Notes: a model not told the origin generated them from the sequence alone. Shown: positions 20,166 to 30,550, counted from the stretch's first letter. The stretch is DNA of 64,000 nucleotides from an uncultured Erysipelotrichaceae bacterium (GCA_900317295.1 ONGB01000003.1:12245-76244), one strand, 5' to 3'. Program-made: numbers and translations.

Positions 20166-20189
20166 TAAAAGTTCGTAAGCGAACAAAAG

Positions 20190-20639
20190 ATGGAAAACCA
20201 ACAAGGCTCTATTGGAAAACAAATCGGCAGAACCGCGAAGAAGATCCGGCGAGAGCTGGACCTTCTTTATGATGCGAATTTCGGAGAAGAGGGGATCACC
20301 CGTCAGCAAGCCCGCGTCCTGCGTTATCTGCACGAGCATCCTAATGCGACCGCCTTTGATGTCCAACAAGAGTTCTTTTTAGTGAAATCCTCCACCTCAG
20401 ATTTGTTGAACGGATTGGCCAAAAGACGCTTGATTGAGCATAGAAAAGCGGAAAAAGATCGTCGCCGTAAGACGATCGCTTTAACGGAAGCGGGTCGCGA
20501 GTTCGTTTATCGAGTCTCTGTTGTGTTTTCCCGTTTTGAGGAGGCCCTTTCTGTCTCAATAAGTGCGGAAGAAAAAGACGAACTTTCCCGCTTGCTTGAC
20601 AAGGTAGAGGCCGGTTTGGGAGTGAAATACGATGAGTAG
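20190..20639 (+). CDS. MarR-family transcriptional regulator
   Basis: 149 aa; winged-HTH region ITRQQARVLRYLHEH...DRRRKTIALTEAGRE typical of MarR; directly precedes two ABC exporter genes. Confidence 0.8.
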   Translation: MENQQGSIGKQIGRTAKKIRRELDLLYDANFGEEGITRQQARVLRYLHEHPNATAFDVQQEFFLVKSSTSDLLNGLAKRRLIEHRKAEKDRRRKTIALTEAGREFVYRVSVVFSRFEEALSVSISAEEKDELSRLLDKVEAGLGVKYDE

Positions 20640-22482
20640 CAACGACGATATCTTCATTCAGCGGGCCGAAGAACGGGCCGAAAGGGAACTTGCGGAAGCA
20701 AAAAAATCCCGCGCTTTCACGCGTCTATTGAAATACACCAAGGGTTATCGTGGCCAAATCGTCCTCGCGTGGATCTTCTGCGTGTTGGAAGTCGCTTGCG
20801 AGGTCGCCATCCCCACCTTGACTCGCCAGGTCATCAATATCATCGAGGGTGCCGGGGCCGTGCCCGCGGTCCCCATCGATTTTTCCCAGCTTTGGCTTTG
20901 GAGTGGCATTACCATGGGTCTTGCCATCTTCAGCGCCTTCTGCGGCATCGTCGCCGGTCAATTCGCCGCGGTCGCCAGCGCCGGTTACGGCCGTAACCTC
21001 CGTAAGGAGATGTATTACAAAATCCAAGACTATTCCTTCACCAACATCGACAAATTCTCTACCGCTTCCCTGGTCACGAGGATGACGACGGATGTCTCCA
21101 ATGTCCAATTCTCCTTGCAGATGATCCTTAGAACGGTCGTTCGTTCGCCGTTGATGCTCGTGTTTGCTTTGACCATGGCCCTCATCACCAAATGGGAGCT
21201 TGGACTTATCTTCCTCGCCGTCCTTCCCTTCCTCGCGTTTGCCTTGTTTGGCATCGCGATAATCGTCCACCCGACTTTCGTTCGCGTCTTCAATGCTTAT
21301 GACGACCTCAACGCCTCCGTTCAAGAGAACCTCAACGGTATTCGCGTCGTCAAATCCTTCGGTCGCGAAGAGTTCGAGAAAGAGAAGTTCGGGCGCGTGT
21401 CTTATTACATTTACCGCGGGTTCATCCACGCGGAGAAAATCTTGGCTTGGAATAACCCCTCCATGCAGATCGCCATGTATACCGCGACGCTTTTATTAGC
21501 GTATTTCGGGGCTAAATTCATCGTCGCAGGCGGAGGAGCGGGGGATTTCCAAGTGGGCCAATTGACCTCGATGTTCAGCTATTCGGGGCAGATTTTGATG
21601 TCCTTGATGATGCTGTCGATGTCCTTCGTCATGCTGACGATCTCCCGCAACTCCGCGGAGCGTATCTACGCCGTCATGAAAGAAGAACAGGACATCGTTT
21701 CCCCGGAGAACGCCTTGACCGAAGTCCCCGACGGATCGGTCGACTTCAATCACGTCCATTTCAAATATTTCAAAGACAGCGAAAAGGACGTCTTAAACGA
21801 CATCGATTTACATATTCCCAGCGGCTCCACCGTTGGCATTATCGGTGTAACGGGGTCCTCCAAAACGACTTTGATCTCCTTGATCGCCCGTCTTTATGAC
21901 GCGACGGAAGGAAACGTCCAAGTCGGTGGGAACGACGTCAAAGCATATGACCTCCATGTTCTTAGGGACGCGGTCGCCGTGGTGTTGCAGAAGAACACCT
22001 TGTTCACCGGGACGATCAAATCCAATTTGCTTTGGGGCAACGAAAACGCCACCGACGAGGAAATTAAAGAAGCCTGCCATTTGGCGTGCGCCGATGAGTT
22101 CATCGAACGCTTCCCCGAAGGATATGACACCAAAATCGAGGAGGGGGGCACCAATGTTTCCGGCGGTCAGAAGCAACGCCTTTGCATCGCCAGGGCGCTT
22201 CTGAAGAAGCCCAAGATCCTCATTTTGGACGATTCCACCAGCGCGGTGGATACCCACACCGACGCCTTAATCCGCGCCTCTTTCGCGACCAAAATCCCCC
22301 ATGTGACGAAATTCATCGTCGCCCAAAGACTTTTATCGATCAAAGAAAGCGACATCATCCTCATTTTGGAGGATGGCCGCATCATCGCTCAGGGCACCAA
22401 CGACGAATTGATGGAATCCTCGCCGGTTTACCGCGAGCTATATGAAACGCAGCTGGGAGGAGGTGACTTCGATGCCGAGTAA
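20632..22482 (+). CDS. ABC exporter, fused permease/ATP-binding subunit (half-transporter 1)
   Basis: 616 aa; 6-TM N-domain then Walker A GVTGSSKTTL, signature VSGGQKQRLCIARAL, Walker B ILILDDSTSAVD. Confidence 0.85.
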   Translation: MSSNDDIFIQRAEERAERELAEAKKSRAFTRLLKYTKGYRGQIVLAWIFCVLEVACEVAIPTLTRQVINIIEGAGAVPAVPIDFSQLWLWSGITMGLAIFSAFCGIVAGQFAAVASAGYGRNLRKEMYYKIQDYSFTNIDKFSTASLVTRMTTDVSNVQFSLQMILRTVVRSPLMLVFALTMALITKWELGLIFLAVLPFLAFALFGIAIIVHPTFVRVFNAYDDLNASVQENLNGIRVVKSFGREEFEKEKFGRVSYYIYRGFIHAEKILAWNNPSMQIAMYTATLLLAYFGAKFIVAGGGAGDFQVGQLTSMFSYSGQILMSLMMLSMSFVMLTISRNSAERIYAVMKEEQDIVSPENALTEVPDGSVDFNHVHFKYFKDSEKDVLNDIDLHIPSGSTVGIIGVTGSSKTTLISLIARLYDATEGNVQVGGNDVKAYDLHVLRDAVAVVLQKNTLFTGTIKSNLLWGNENATDEEIKEACHLACADEFIERFPEGYDTKIEEGGTNVSGGQKQRLCIARALLKKPKILILDDSTSAVDTHTDALIRASFATKIPHVTKFIVAQRLLSIKESDIILILEDGRIIAQGTNDELMESSPVYRELYETQLGGGDFDAE

Positions 22483-24427
22483 GATGAAACGCGGGGGCGG
22501 AAGAAAACGCCTGACCGGCAAAGAAGCCGCCCGCATCCTAAAGCGTCTTTTGAAGACGATGTTCTCCCTCTATCCGTGGCAGATTCCTTTGGCGTTGATC
22601 GTGATGTTCATCAACTCCGGCGCCGCGGTCATCGGGTCGCTTTTCACCGGCCAAATCGTCATCGGGCATTATCTAAGCCTGGCTTTGGGCCATCAAAGCG
22701 AAATCACGAACCCCTTATTGCTCGCTTTGCTTCCGAAGCAGGACTTCCCCGAGGGGCTGACCGTCGCCATCCTCATCATGGCGGGCATCTACCTCGTGGG
22801 CATCGCCTCCGCCTATTTCTATCAGATCATGACCTCGATCATCGGGCAGGGGACGCAGAAGAAGATTCGCGACGAAGTGTTCATGCACATGGAATCGCTG
22901 CCCCTATCCTATTTTGATTCCCGCACGCACGGGGACATCATGTCCATCTACACCAATGACATCGATACCTTGCGCGAAATGATCAGCCGCGTGATGCCGA
23001 TGCTCATCAACTCGTTGGTCACCATGGCGGTCGTTTTGATCGGCATGCTGCTCTCCAGTTGGGTCCTTGCTTTGGTGGTCTTGGGCTTCGGCCTCATCAT
23101 TTTGCTCATCGTCTTCTACGTCACCTCCCAGTCCGCGAAATTCTTCATCGGGCAGCAGCGCGCCCTTGGGGCAACCGATGGCTATATCGAGGAAATGATC
23201 TCCGGCCAAAAGGTCATCAAGGTGTTCAACCACGAAGAAGCCGCCAAAGAAGGCTTCGACAAGCTTAACGATGAACTTTGCTACTACACGACGAAGGCCC
23301 AACGTTTCTCGATGATTCTCGGCCCCGTGGTCAACAACATGTCCAACCTCCTTTACGTCGTCATCGGCGTGGTAGGGGCCTATGGATACGCGAACGCCTG
23401 GCCGACCATCGGTGTCGGCATCATCGTCTCCTTCTTCGGGATGGGCCGTTCCTTCACGATGCCGATCATGCAGATATCCAACCAAATCAACATGCTGACC
23501 ATGGCTCTTGCCGGGGCCCAGCGCATCTTCGAATTGATGGATGCCACCCCCGAAACCGATGAAGGTTATGTCACCCTCGTCATGGCCAAAGAAGATGAAT
23601 CCGGGCGACCCATACCATCGGATTCCTTCACGGGGAAGTGGGCGTGGAAGCATCCGCATACCGATGGATCCGGCACCGATTACGTGTGGATGAAGGGCAA
23701 GGTCAATCTCTATGATGTCGACTTTGGCTATCGCCCAGATAAGCTCGTCCTCCATGACATCACCCTCTACGCCAAGCCCGGGCAGAAAGTCGCTTTCGTC
23801 GGCCCGACGGGCGCGGGAAAGACCACGGTCACCAACCTCTTGAATCGCTTCTATGACATCGCCGACGGGAAGATCCGCATCGACGACATCAACGTGAACA
23901 AGATCAAGAAACACGATCTGCGACGCACGATGGCCGTCGTTTTGCAGGAGACGAACCTTTTCACCGCGACGGTCAAAGACAATATCCGTTATGGCAACCC
24001 CGAAGCGACTGACGAAGAAGTCATCCAGGCCGCGAAGCTCGCCAACGCGCATAATTTTATTGAGATGCTCCCGCAGGGGTATGACACGATGCTCGATGGG
24101 GCGGGCGCAGGGTTATCGCAAGGCCAACGCCAATTGATTTCCATCGCCAGGGCCGCCTGCACCAACCCGCCGATCTTGATTCTCGACGAGGCCACCTCTT
24201 CCATCGATAGCCGCACCGAAAAGCTGGTGCAGCAGGGGATGGACGCCATCATGAAGGGGCGCACCGTCTTCGTGATCGCCCACCGTCTAAGCACGGTTAA
24301 GAATTCCGACGTCATCATGGTCCTCGAATCCGGAAGGATCATCGAGCGCGGATCCCATGACGAGCTGATCGCCGCGAAGGGCAAATACTATCAGCTCTAT
24401 ACCGGCGGGAAAGAGGATTTGGCCTAA
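22472..24427 (+). CDS. ABC exporter, fused permease/ATP-binding subunit (half-transporter 2)
   Basis: Start at MPSKMKRGG after GGAGG; TMD plus NBD (GPTGAGKTTV, LSQGQRQLISIARA, ILILDEATSSID); about 50-aa insertion between TMD and NBD. Confidence 0.85.
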   Translation: MPSKMKRGGGRKRLTGKEAARILKRLLKTMFSLYPWQIPLALIVMFINSGAAVIGSLFTGQIVIGHYLSLALGHQSEITNPLLLALLPKQDFPEGLTVAILIMAGIYLVGIASAYFYQIMTSIIGQGTQKKIRDEVFMHMESLPLSYFDSRTHGDIMSIYTNDIDTLREMISRVMPMLINSLVTMAVVLIGMLLSSWVLALVVLGFGLIILLIVFYVTSQSAKFFIGQQRALGATDGYIEEMISGQKVIKVFNHEEAAKEGFDKLNDELCYYTTKAQRFSMILGPVVNNMSNLLYVVIGVVGAYGYANAWPTIGVGIIVSFFGMGRSFTMPIMQISNQINMLTMALAGAQRIFELMDATPETDEGYVTLVMAKEDESGRPIPSDSFTGKWAWKHPHTDGSGTDYVWMKGKVNLYDVDFGYRPDKLVLHDITLYAKPGQKVAFVGPTGAGKTTVTNLLNRFYDIADGKIRIDDINVNKIKKHDLRRTMAVVLQETNLFTATVKDNIRYGNPEATDEEVIQAAKLANAHNFIEMLPQGYDTMLDGAGAGLSQGQRQLISIARAACTNPPILILDEATSSIDSRTEKLVQQGMDAIMKGRTVFVIAHRLSTVKNSDVIMVLESGRIIERGSHDELIAAKGKYYQLYTGGKEDLA

Positions 24428-24453
24428 TCCGGCCGCGAAATGAGGCAGTTTTT

Positions 24454-25692
24454 ATGAAAGACGAAGCAATTAAGCAACTGATGAACCGCGAAGTCGAAAG
24501 GCAGAATCGCGGGATTGAGCTCATCGCCTCGGAGAACTATCCGTCCAAGGATGTGCGCGAGGCTTGCTCCTCGATTTTCATGGCCAAATACGCCGAAGGA
24601 TATCCCGGAAAACGGTATTACGGCGGCTGCGAGACCGTGGACGAAATGGAAACTCTCTCCATTGAAAGGGCCAAGGCGCTTTTTCGTTGCCGTTACGCGA
24701 ACGTCCAACCCCATAGCGGTTCCCAAGCCAATTTCGCCGCCTACCGCGCCATGCTCAACCCCGGGGATAAGGTTTTGTCTCTCGCCTTAAATGACGGAGG
24801 CCACCTCACCCACGGTTCCCCGGTGTCCTTCTCTTCCGCGGACTACACGTTTGTCCATTACGATTTGGGAAACGACGGACGTTTGGATCTGGAGATCATC
24901 AAACGGCGGCTTCATGAAGAAAAACCACGCCTATTCTTGGCCGGTTATAGCGCCTATCCCTTCGCTATCGACTTCGCCGCGATGCGGAAAATCATCGATG
25001 ACTATAACGCCCAGGCGGAAACCCCATGCCTTTTCATGGTGGATATGGCCCACATCGCCGGGATCGTCGCCGCAGGGCTATGCCAGAATCCCTGCGATTA
25101 TGCGGATGCGGTTACCTCGACCACCCACAAGACCCTCCGCGGGCCTAGAGGAGGCTTGATCCTCACCAATCGTGAAGACTTGGCCAAAAAGATCAATTTC
25201 GCCGTTTTCCCCTATTCCCAAGGCGGCCCCTTGGAACACATCATCGCCGGGAAGGCCGTGTGCTTCCTAGAAGACTCCAAACCAGAATTCAGGGCATACA
25301 TGCAGTTGGTTTTGGATAATACCAAGGCCTGCTGCGATGAGTTGATGAAGCTTGGATGCGTCTGCTCCGGAACCGAGAACCACCTGTTCCTGCTCGATGT
25401 GTTATCTTCCTTCGGCATCAATGGGAAAGAAGCTCAAGAGAGACTGGGGGAGATCGACATCACCGCGAACAAGAACATGATTCACGGCGATACCTTGCCC
25501 CCTCAGCAAGCTTCCGGCGTCCGTTTCGGATTCGCCGCCGCGACCACGCGGGGCTGCACCAAAGAAGACGCGAAGGAAATCGCCCACATCATCTATGACG
25601 CCTTAAAAGGCGAGGCAGACAAACAAAAGCTTATTTCTCGGGTGCAAAGCATCGTTTCCCGTTGGAAAAACGTATTGGAACTCGAAGCGTAG
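24454..25692 (+). CDS. glyA: serine hydroxymethyltransferase
   Basis: 412 aa; IELIASENY, PLP-lysine region VTSTTHKTLRGPRGG. Confidence 0.92.
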   Translation: MKDEAIKQLMNREVERQNRGIELIASENYPSKDVREACSSIFMAKYAEGYPGKRYYGGCETVDEMETLSIERAKALFRCRYANVQPHSGSQANFAAYRAMLNPGDKVLSLALNDGGHLTHGSPVSFSSADYTFVHYDLGNDGRLDLEIIKRRLHEEKPRLFLAGYSAYPFAIDFAAMRKIIDDYNAQAETPCLFMVDMAHIAGIVAAGLCQNPCDYADAVTSTTHKTLRGPRGGLILTNREDLAKKINFAVFPYSQGGPLEHIIAGKAVCFLEDSKPEFRAYMQLVLDNTKACCDELMKLGCVCSGTENHLFLLDVLSSFGINGKEAQERLGEIDITANKNMIHGDTLPPQQASGVRFGFAAATTRGCTKEDAKEIAHIIYDALKGEADKQKLISRVQSIVSRWKNVLELEA

Positions 25693-25759
25693 AACCCAAA
25701 GCGTGTGCCCGTTCCCAAATGGGCGCGTGTAGAGTAAGATAACCCACGACCTTAGGCAG

Positions 25760-27253
25760 GTGAGAATTATGGAAGAAAAACTGAACGACCAAGAACAAGC
25801 GCGCGTAGACAAGCTTGCCAAATACGAAGAACTCGGCATCGACCCCTTCGGATCCCGTTATGACTGGAAGGATCGCCTTTGCGACATCCGTCGTGAATAC
25901 GGCGACCTCTCCGCGGAGGAAATCGAAGCCAAACAGGTCCGCGTGAAAGCCGCGGGCCGCTTGATGGCCATCCGCCGCATGGGGAAGGCGAGCTTTGTCA
26001 ACCTTCAAGACGAATATGGGACCATCCAAGGTTGGATTGGGATCAATATCGTCGGGGAGTTCGACTACTCCGTTTTCAAGTTGGCCGACCTCGGCGACAT
26101 CGTCGGGCTAGAAGGCATCTTGATGAAGTCCCGCACTGGCGAATTGACGATTCGAGTGGAGAAATACACGCATATTTGCAAATGCCTCAAGCCGCTTCCT
26201 GAGAAATTTCATGGCTTAACCGACACCGAAGACCGTTATCGTCATCGCTATGTCGACATGATCGTCAACGAGGATTCCCGCCACATCGCGATCCTCCGTC
26301 CGCGCATCGTCAAAGAGATTCGCGACTACTGCGATAGCCTCGGCTTCGTCGAAGTGGAAACTCCGGTTCTTGACCCCGTTGCCGGCGGCGCGGCCGCTCG
26401 CCCGTTCATCACGCACCATAACGCTTTGGACAAAGACTTCCATCTTCGCATCGCCACCGAGCTTAACCTCAAGAAGGCGATGATTGGCGGCATCGATCGC
26501 GTCTATGAGATCGGCCGCATCTTCCGCAACGAAGGCATCGATACCCGCCACAATCCGGAATTCACGACCATTGAGCTCTACCAAGCCTATGGCGACCTCC
26601 AATCCATGCGCGAATGGACCGAAGGACTGTTCAAAGACATCGCCACCAAGGTTCTAGGCACGGAAAAGGTGCGGTGGGGCGACATCGAAATTGACTTCTC
26701 CAAGCCCTTCCGCTGGATTTCCATGGCGGAGGCCATCAAAGAGAAGACCGGCATCGACTTCACCCAGGACATTTCCTTCGAGGAAGCCGTCCGCCTCGCC
26801 AAGGAACACAAAGTCCCCTTGGAGAAGAGCTGGAACAGCACCGGTTACATCATGCAGGCCTTCTTCGACGAGTTCGTCGAGAAAGACCTCATCCAACCGA
26901 CCTTCATCCATACCTATCCGATCGAAGTGAGCCCGCTCACCAAGAAAGGACCGGACCCCCGTTTCGTGGAGCGCTTCGAGTTCTTCATCGGCGGATTCGA
27001 GTTCGGCAATGCCTATAGCGAGCTGAACAACCCCTTCGATCAGATGGAGCGCTTCCAGGCGCAGCTCGCGGCGAAGAACCGCGGCGACGAAGAGGCCAAC
27101 GACATCGACCACACCTTCATGGACGCCATGCGTTACGGCATGCCTCCCGCGGGTGGAATTGGGGTCGGTATCGACCGCCTCTGCATGCTCTTCTGCAACG
27201 TTCAGAACATCAGGGAAGTCATCCTCTTCCCCACGATGAAGGACGAGAAATAA
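25760..27253 (+). CDS. lysS: lysine--tRNA ligase (class II)
   Basis: 497 aa; N-terminal OB anticodon-binding domain, class II motifs (FRNEGID, GGIGVGIDRLCM). Confidence 0.92.
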   Translation: MRIMEEKLNDQEQARVDKLAKYEELGIDPFGSRYDWKDRLCDIRREYGDLSAEEIEAKQVRVKAAGRLMAIRRMGKASFVNLQDEYGTIQGWIGINIVGEFDYSVFKLADLGDIVGLEGILMKSRTGELTIRVEKYTHICKCLKPLPEKFHGLTDTEDRYRHRYVDMIVNEDSRHIAILRPRIVKEIRDYCDSLGFVEVETPVLDPVAGGAAARPFITHHNALDKDFHLRIATELNLKKAMIGGIDRVYEIGRIFRNEGIDTRHNPEFTTIELYQAYGDLQSMREWTEGLFKDIATKVLGTEKVRWGDIEIDFSKPFRWISMAEAIKEKTGIDFTQDISFEEAVRLAKEHKVPLEKSWNSTGYIMQAFFDEFVEKDLIQPTFIHTYPIEVSPLTKKGPDPRFVERFEFFIGGFEFGNAYSELNNPFDQMERFQAQLAAKNRGDEEANDIDHTFMDAMRYGMPPAGGIGVGIDRLCMLFCNVQNIREVILFPTMKDEK

Positions 27254-27262
27254 AAACGTGCA

Positions 27263-27297
27263 AAAAACCGGATTTCGTTGCAGAAGCCCGGTTTTTG
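27263..27297. terminator. bidirectional terminator between convergent lysS (+) and LTA-synthase-family gene (-)
   Basis: AAAAAACCGG ... CCGGTTTTTG hairpin flanked by A-run and T-run. Confidence 0.5.
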
Positions 27298-27305
27298 TTA
27301 TCGAT

Positions 27306-29243
27306 TTATAGGTTGATCGTGCCGACTTTGTATTCGTTCTTCGACCGCCCGACAAGATAGAAATTCAACTCAACCCCAGCGGGGATTGGGGCAACCTTTT
27401 CATAGTCGTCGCCCACCTTGTTGAGACGCAGCGAGACGAGGTCTCCGCCTTGCTCATATTCGACTTTGGCATAGGAGAAATATTCGGGGTCGTTCTTGAT
27501 GGAAGAGATGGATAAATGGCAACCATCTTCCTCAACCAAAGCAGACACTTCCGCCTTAGGCAGACGATGGGTCTTTTCCAGATGGGTCATATCCAAATTG
27601 CGGAGGCGGAGGAGTTTCTCCATGATCGGGGTTTCTTTTTGGACGTCCGCGGAGAGGCGGGCAAAGCCATATTTTTCGACCAGGGTTTCTTCGTTAGAGA
27701 ACAGGTTGGCGCCTAAGCCCAGGCGGTTCCCGTCGATTGTGCAGCCCAAGGCCGCCAAAGTGGTGGGGAAGGCATCGAAGGAGGAATACTCTCTTCTGGC
27801 GTTGGTGTCATAAGCGGAGACGGGCGCGGCGTTGATATAGGAAGCATAGGTGCGGCGTTGATAACCCTTGGGGGCGCCGTCAGCGAAATTCTTCGCCATC
27901 GAGGGGTGATCCCCCATTAGAACGAAAGCGGTATTGGCCTTGACCAAAGGATCGATTTCCGTATTCGTGGGATCATAGAACCATTCCACGAATTCGCTGA
28001 CTTGCTTGGAGTCGCAATGGAGGGCCTTTTCGTATTGGCGGTCATATTCGGGGTCGTCGCGGCAAAGATCGCATAGGTGCCCGTCGCCGCTGAAGATGTC
28101 CCCAAAATGGCTATCGACGGTGATGGCGGTCATATTGAACGGGCGGCCTTCGTCCACATAGGTTTGGCTCTTTTCGATGAGGTCTTCTTTCATGAAACGG
28201 AGAAGATCTTGGTCGTTGAAGCCCCACCACCCATCGTAATCAACGTGATTGGGGTCCTCTTCCGGGAGGGAGTGATAGTATTCGTAATCCTTGAACTCGA
28301 ATTCGCCGTGTCCGCTTAGGAACAATGCGCGCCCGCCGAAAGTCGCCGCGGAACCGCAGTAGAAAGTCTGGTCATACCCTTCGGTTTCTAATAGATCGCC
28401 AAGGCTCGTGACGCCGCCGAAGAAATCGACTTTGTTGCCGATCGCGGTCTCGAATAGGCCGATTTTGCAGGGAAGCCCGGTGCTCGTGGAGAAAATTCCG
28501 GCGGTGGTCCAGTTGGTGAGGGGAAGGGACAAGGCGCCGTTTAGCTTGGGGTCGGTTCCGCCGAAATCCTCGCCCATACTCTCGTTAAGCGCCGTGAGTT
28601 CGGGGATGATGTTTTTCTCGAAGATCCCGCCGTGGGCCGGGTCGGTGAAAGTGACTTCCGTCGATTCGAGATAGATGAAGACGAGGTTACGCTTCATCGT
28701 GGGGAAGAAAACGCGGGGATTGTCTTCTTCGTCATAGGGATCGACGTAATTCTCATCGAGCAACAGGGTCTTTTGGGAAGATAAGGCGATGTAGCCAGAG
28801 ACATCGAGGAAGTTCCAGGTGATCGTCCCAATGACCACGATGCCGATGAGGGCGAGGGCCCCAGCGCTATAGAAGGGAAATTTCTTTTGGGTGGGCCGTC
28901 TCCACCAAAGGGCATAAAGCATGACGGGGACGGAAAGCAAAAGCAAAGGCGCGACGACCGCGGACATGCAGAACCAGAAGACGGAACGCGCCGCGGTGCC
29001 GTCGAGCATCTTGAGCTGGGTGATGACCTCGACAAGGCCGACGTCATCCCAGTTCACGAGCATGTAAACGCAGGCACCGCAAACGAAAAGCAAAGCAAAG
29101 CAGCCAAGGAAAAAAGCAACGGATCCAATGATCCTCCAGACCATTTTCTTGCGACTTTGCTTAAGGTCTTTTTGGGGTTCTCCGGCGTTTTCCGCGGGAG
29201 TTTCCCCTTCGTTTTCCAATTTGGGCTCTTCTTCGTTCGGCAC
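27306..29243 (-). CDS. LTA-synthase-family protein (N-terminal multi-TM domain + extracellular sulfatase/alkaline-phosphatase-like domain, extra C-terminal domain)
   Basis: 645 aa; 4-5 N-terminal TM helices followed by a sulfatase-fold region, then about 120 extra C-terminal residues. Confidence 0.65.
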   Translation of the reverse strand: MPNEEEPKLENEGETPAENAGEPQKDLKQSRKKMVWRIIGSVAFFLGCFALLFVCGACVYMLVNWDDVGLVEVITQLKMLDGTAARSVFWFCMSAVVAPLLLLSVPVMLYALWWRRPTQKKFPFYSAGALALIGIVVIGTITWNFLDVSGYIALSSQKTLLLDENYVDPYDEEDNPRVFFPTMKRNLVFIYLESTEVTFTDPAHGGIFEKNIIPELTALNESMGEDFGGTDPKLNGALSLPLTNWTTAGIFSTSTGLPCKIGLFETAIGNKVDFFGGVTSLGDLLETEGYDQTFYCGSAATFGGRALFLSGHGEFEFKDYEYYHSLPEEDPNHVDYDGWWGFNDQDLLRFMKEDLIEKSQTYVDEGRPFNMTAITVDSHFGDIFSGDGHLCDLCRDDPEYDRQYEKALHCDSKQVSEFVEWFYDPTNTEIDPLVKANTAFVLMGDHPSMAKNFADGAPKGYQRRTYASYINAAPVSAYDTNARREYSSFDAFPTTLAALGCTIDGNRLGLGANLFSNEETLVEKYGFARLSADVQKETPIMEKLLRLRNLDMTHLEKTHRLPKAEVSALVEEDGCHLSISSIKNDPEYFSYAKVEYEQGGDLVSLRLNKVGDDYEKVAPIPAGVELNFYLVGRSKNEYKVGTINL

Positions 29244-29410
29244 GACGCTATTTTATTAGCCTTCTCCCTTCAGTGCGAAAACTTTTGTTCTTTCCTATGG
29301 AAAAACGAAGCGGTTTTTACAATTTCGCCCGTTCATGGGTATAGGAAAGGTGTAGAGGGTTTGACGCCGCCCTCTACGCAAACAACGGGAAGGAGAAAGA
29401 AAAACCTAGG

Positions 29411-29439
29411 TTGCCTAATCGCGTATGCGCTTGTATAAT
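29411..29439 (+). promoter_or_regulatory. sigma-A type promoter of rpsF-ssb-rpsR operon (TTGCCT-17-TATAAT)
   Basis: -35 TTGCCT at 29411-16, 17-bp spacer, -10 TATAAT at 29434-39; about 90-nt leader follows. Confidence 0.6.
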
Positions 29440-29446
29440 CCCATAG

Positions 29447-29535
29447 CCGTTTTGAAGGAAACGGCACACACTTCTATGGTCGCACGGTGCCAACCGAGGC
29501 GACCCATAGTCCGAAATTAGGAGGTGCACACAGCT
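29447..29535 (+). promoter_or_regulatory. structured rpsF 5' leader (possible S6:S18 autoregulatory element)
   Basis: Nested helices (CCATAG...CTATGG enclosing CCGTTT..AAACGG) and a second CCATAG copy before the AGGAGG RBS; identity with the described S6:S18 leader not verified. Confidence 0.3.
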
Positions 29536-29823
29536 ATGGAAAAGTACGAACTCATGTACATCATCTCCGCTGACCTGGACGAAGCGTCCCGCAAAGCTGA
29601 GATCGAGAAACTCCACAAGATCCTCACCGACAACAAAGCGGTCATCCGCGATGTCAAGGAATGGGGGGTCCGCGAGTTCGCGAGCCCGATTCACAAGCTC
29701 ACCAAAGGCTACTATGTCGTTCTTAAATTGGACGGCGAACACGCCGGGTTGCTCGAGTTTGAACGTCTTGCTCGCCTTGACAACCAAGTTATCCGTTTCC
29801 TGTTAACCGTTGATAAAGACTAA
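29536..29823 (+). CDS. rpsF: 30S ribosomal protein S6
   Basis: ATG 12 nt after AGGAGG; MEKYELMYIISADLDE... typical S6. Confidence 0.9.
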   Translation: MEKYELMYIISADLDEASRKAEIEKLHKILTDNKAVIRDVKEWGVREFASPIHKLTKGYYVVLKLDGEHAGLLEFERLARLDNQVIRFLLTVDKD

Positions 29824-29843
29824 GCTCTTAGGAGGATAACAAA

Positions 29844-30302
29844 ATGCTTAACAATGTCGTTCTAGTCGGTCGCCTTACCCGCGATCCCGAAATCCGTCAA
29901 ACCACCAGCGGCAACAGCGTGGCTTCCTTCACCCTCGCTTCCGATGATAGCCGCCGTGGCCCCAACAACGAAAAACAGACGGTGTTCATCAACGTCTCGA
30001 TCTTCGGTAAACAGACCGATGTCGTCAGCCGCTTCACGCGCAAAGGTTCCTTGGTGGGCATCACGGGTCGTTTGATCCAGCGCAAATACACCAACCGCGC
30101 CGGCGTGGAAGTCACCGCCACCGAAATCGTTGCCGAACGCATTGAACTCATGGACCCGAAAGGCGCCGGCGTCTCTGACGCGGAAGCCGGATATCAATCC
30201 GACCGTCCCGCCCCCGCCGCCCCCGCTTCCCAGGTTCGCCCCGAACCCGAAGAGAACGGAGGAAACCTCGATCCTCTCCTTGAGGACGACCTCCCCTTCT
30301 AA
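29844..30302 (+). CDS. ssb: single-stranded DNA-binding protein
   Basis: 152 aa; OB-fold N-terminus [16 protein letters not shown], Gly/Pro-rich linker and acidic C-tail ...DDLPF. Confidence 0.92.
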   Translation: MLNNVVLVGRLTRDPEIRQTTSGNSVASFTLASDDSRRGPNNEKQTVFINVSIFGKQTDVVSRFTRKGSLVGITGRLIQRKYTNRAGVEVTATEIVAERIELMDPKGAGVSDAEAGYQSDRPAPAAPASQVRPEPEENGGNLDPLLEDDLPF

Positions 30303-30325
30303 GTTCAGAAAGGATTAAAAAAAAT

Positions 30326-30550
30326 ATGGCTTTCCGTAAAATGCGGTCCCGCCGCAAGGCCTGCTACTTCAAGAAAAACCACATCAAATACGTCGATTAC
30401 AAAGACGTGGAGCTTCTCTCCCGCTTCATCGGCGCCGATGGGAAAATCACCCCGCGTTCCATCACCGGAACCTCGGCGAAGTATCAGCGTCAGCTTGCCG
30501 TCGCGATCAAGAACGCTCGCTTCATGGGCCTGCTCCCCGACGTCAAATAA
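30326..30550 (+). CDS. rpsR: 30S ribosomal protein S18
   Basis: 74 aa; [25 protein letters not shown]... canonical S18. Confidence 0.92.
   Translation: MAFRKMRSRRKACYFKKNHIKYVDYKDVELLSRFIGADGKITPRSITGTSAKYQRQLAVAIKNARFMGLLPDVK

Noticed and set aside
25693-25759. Possible T-box or riboswitch leader upstream of lysS, or upstream of glyA (24428-24453)
   Set aside because: The intergenic spaces are only about 25-65 nt, too short for T-box or lysine riboswitch architectures, and no specifier or T-box consensus is present.
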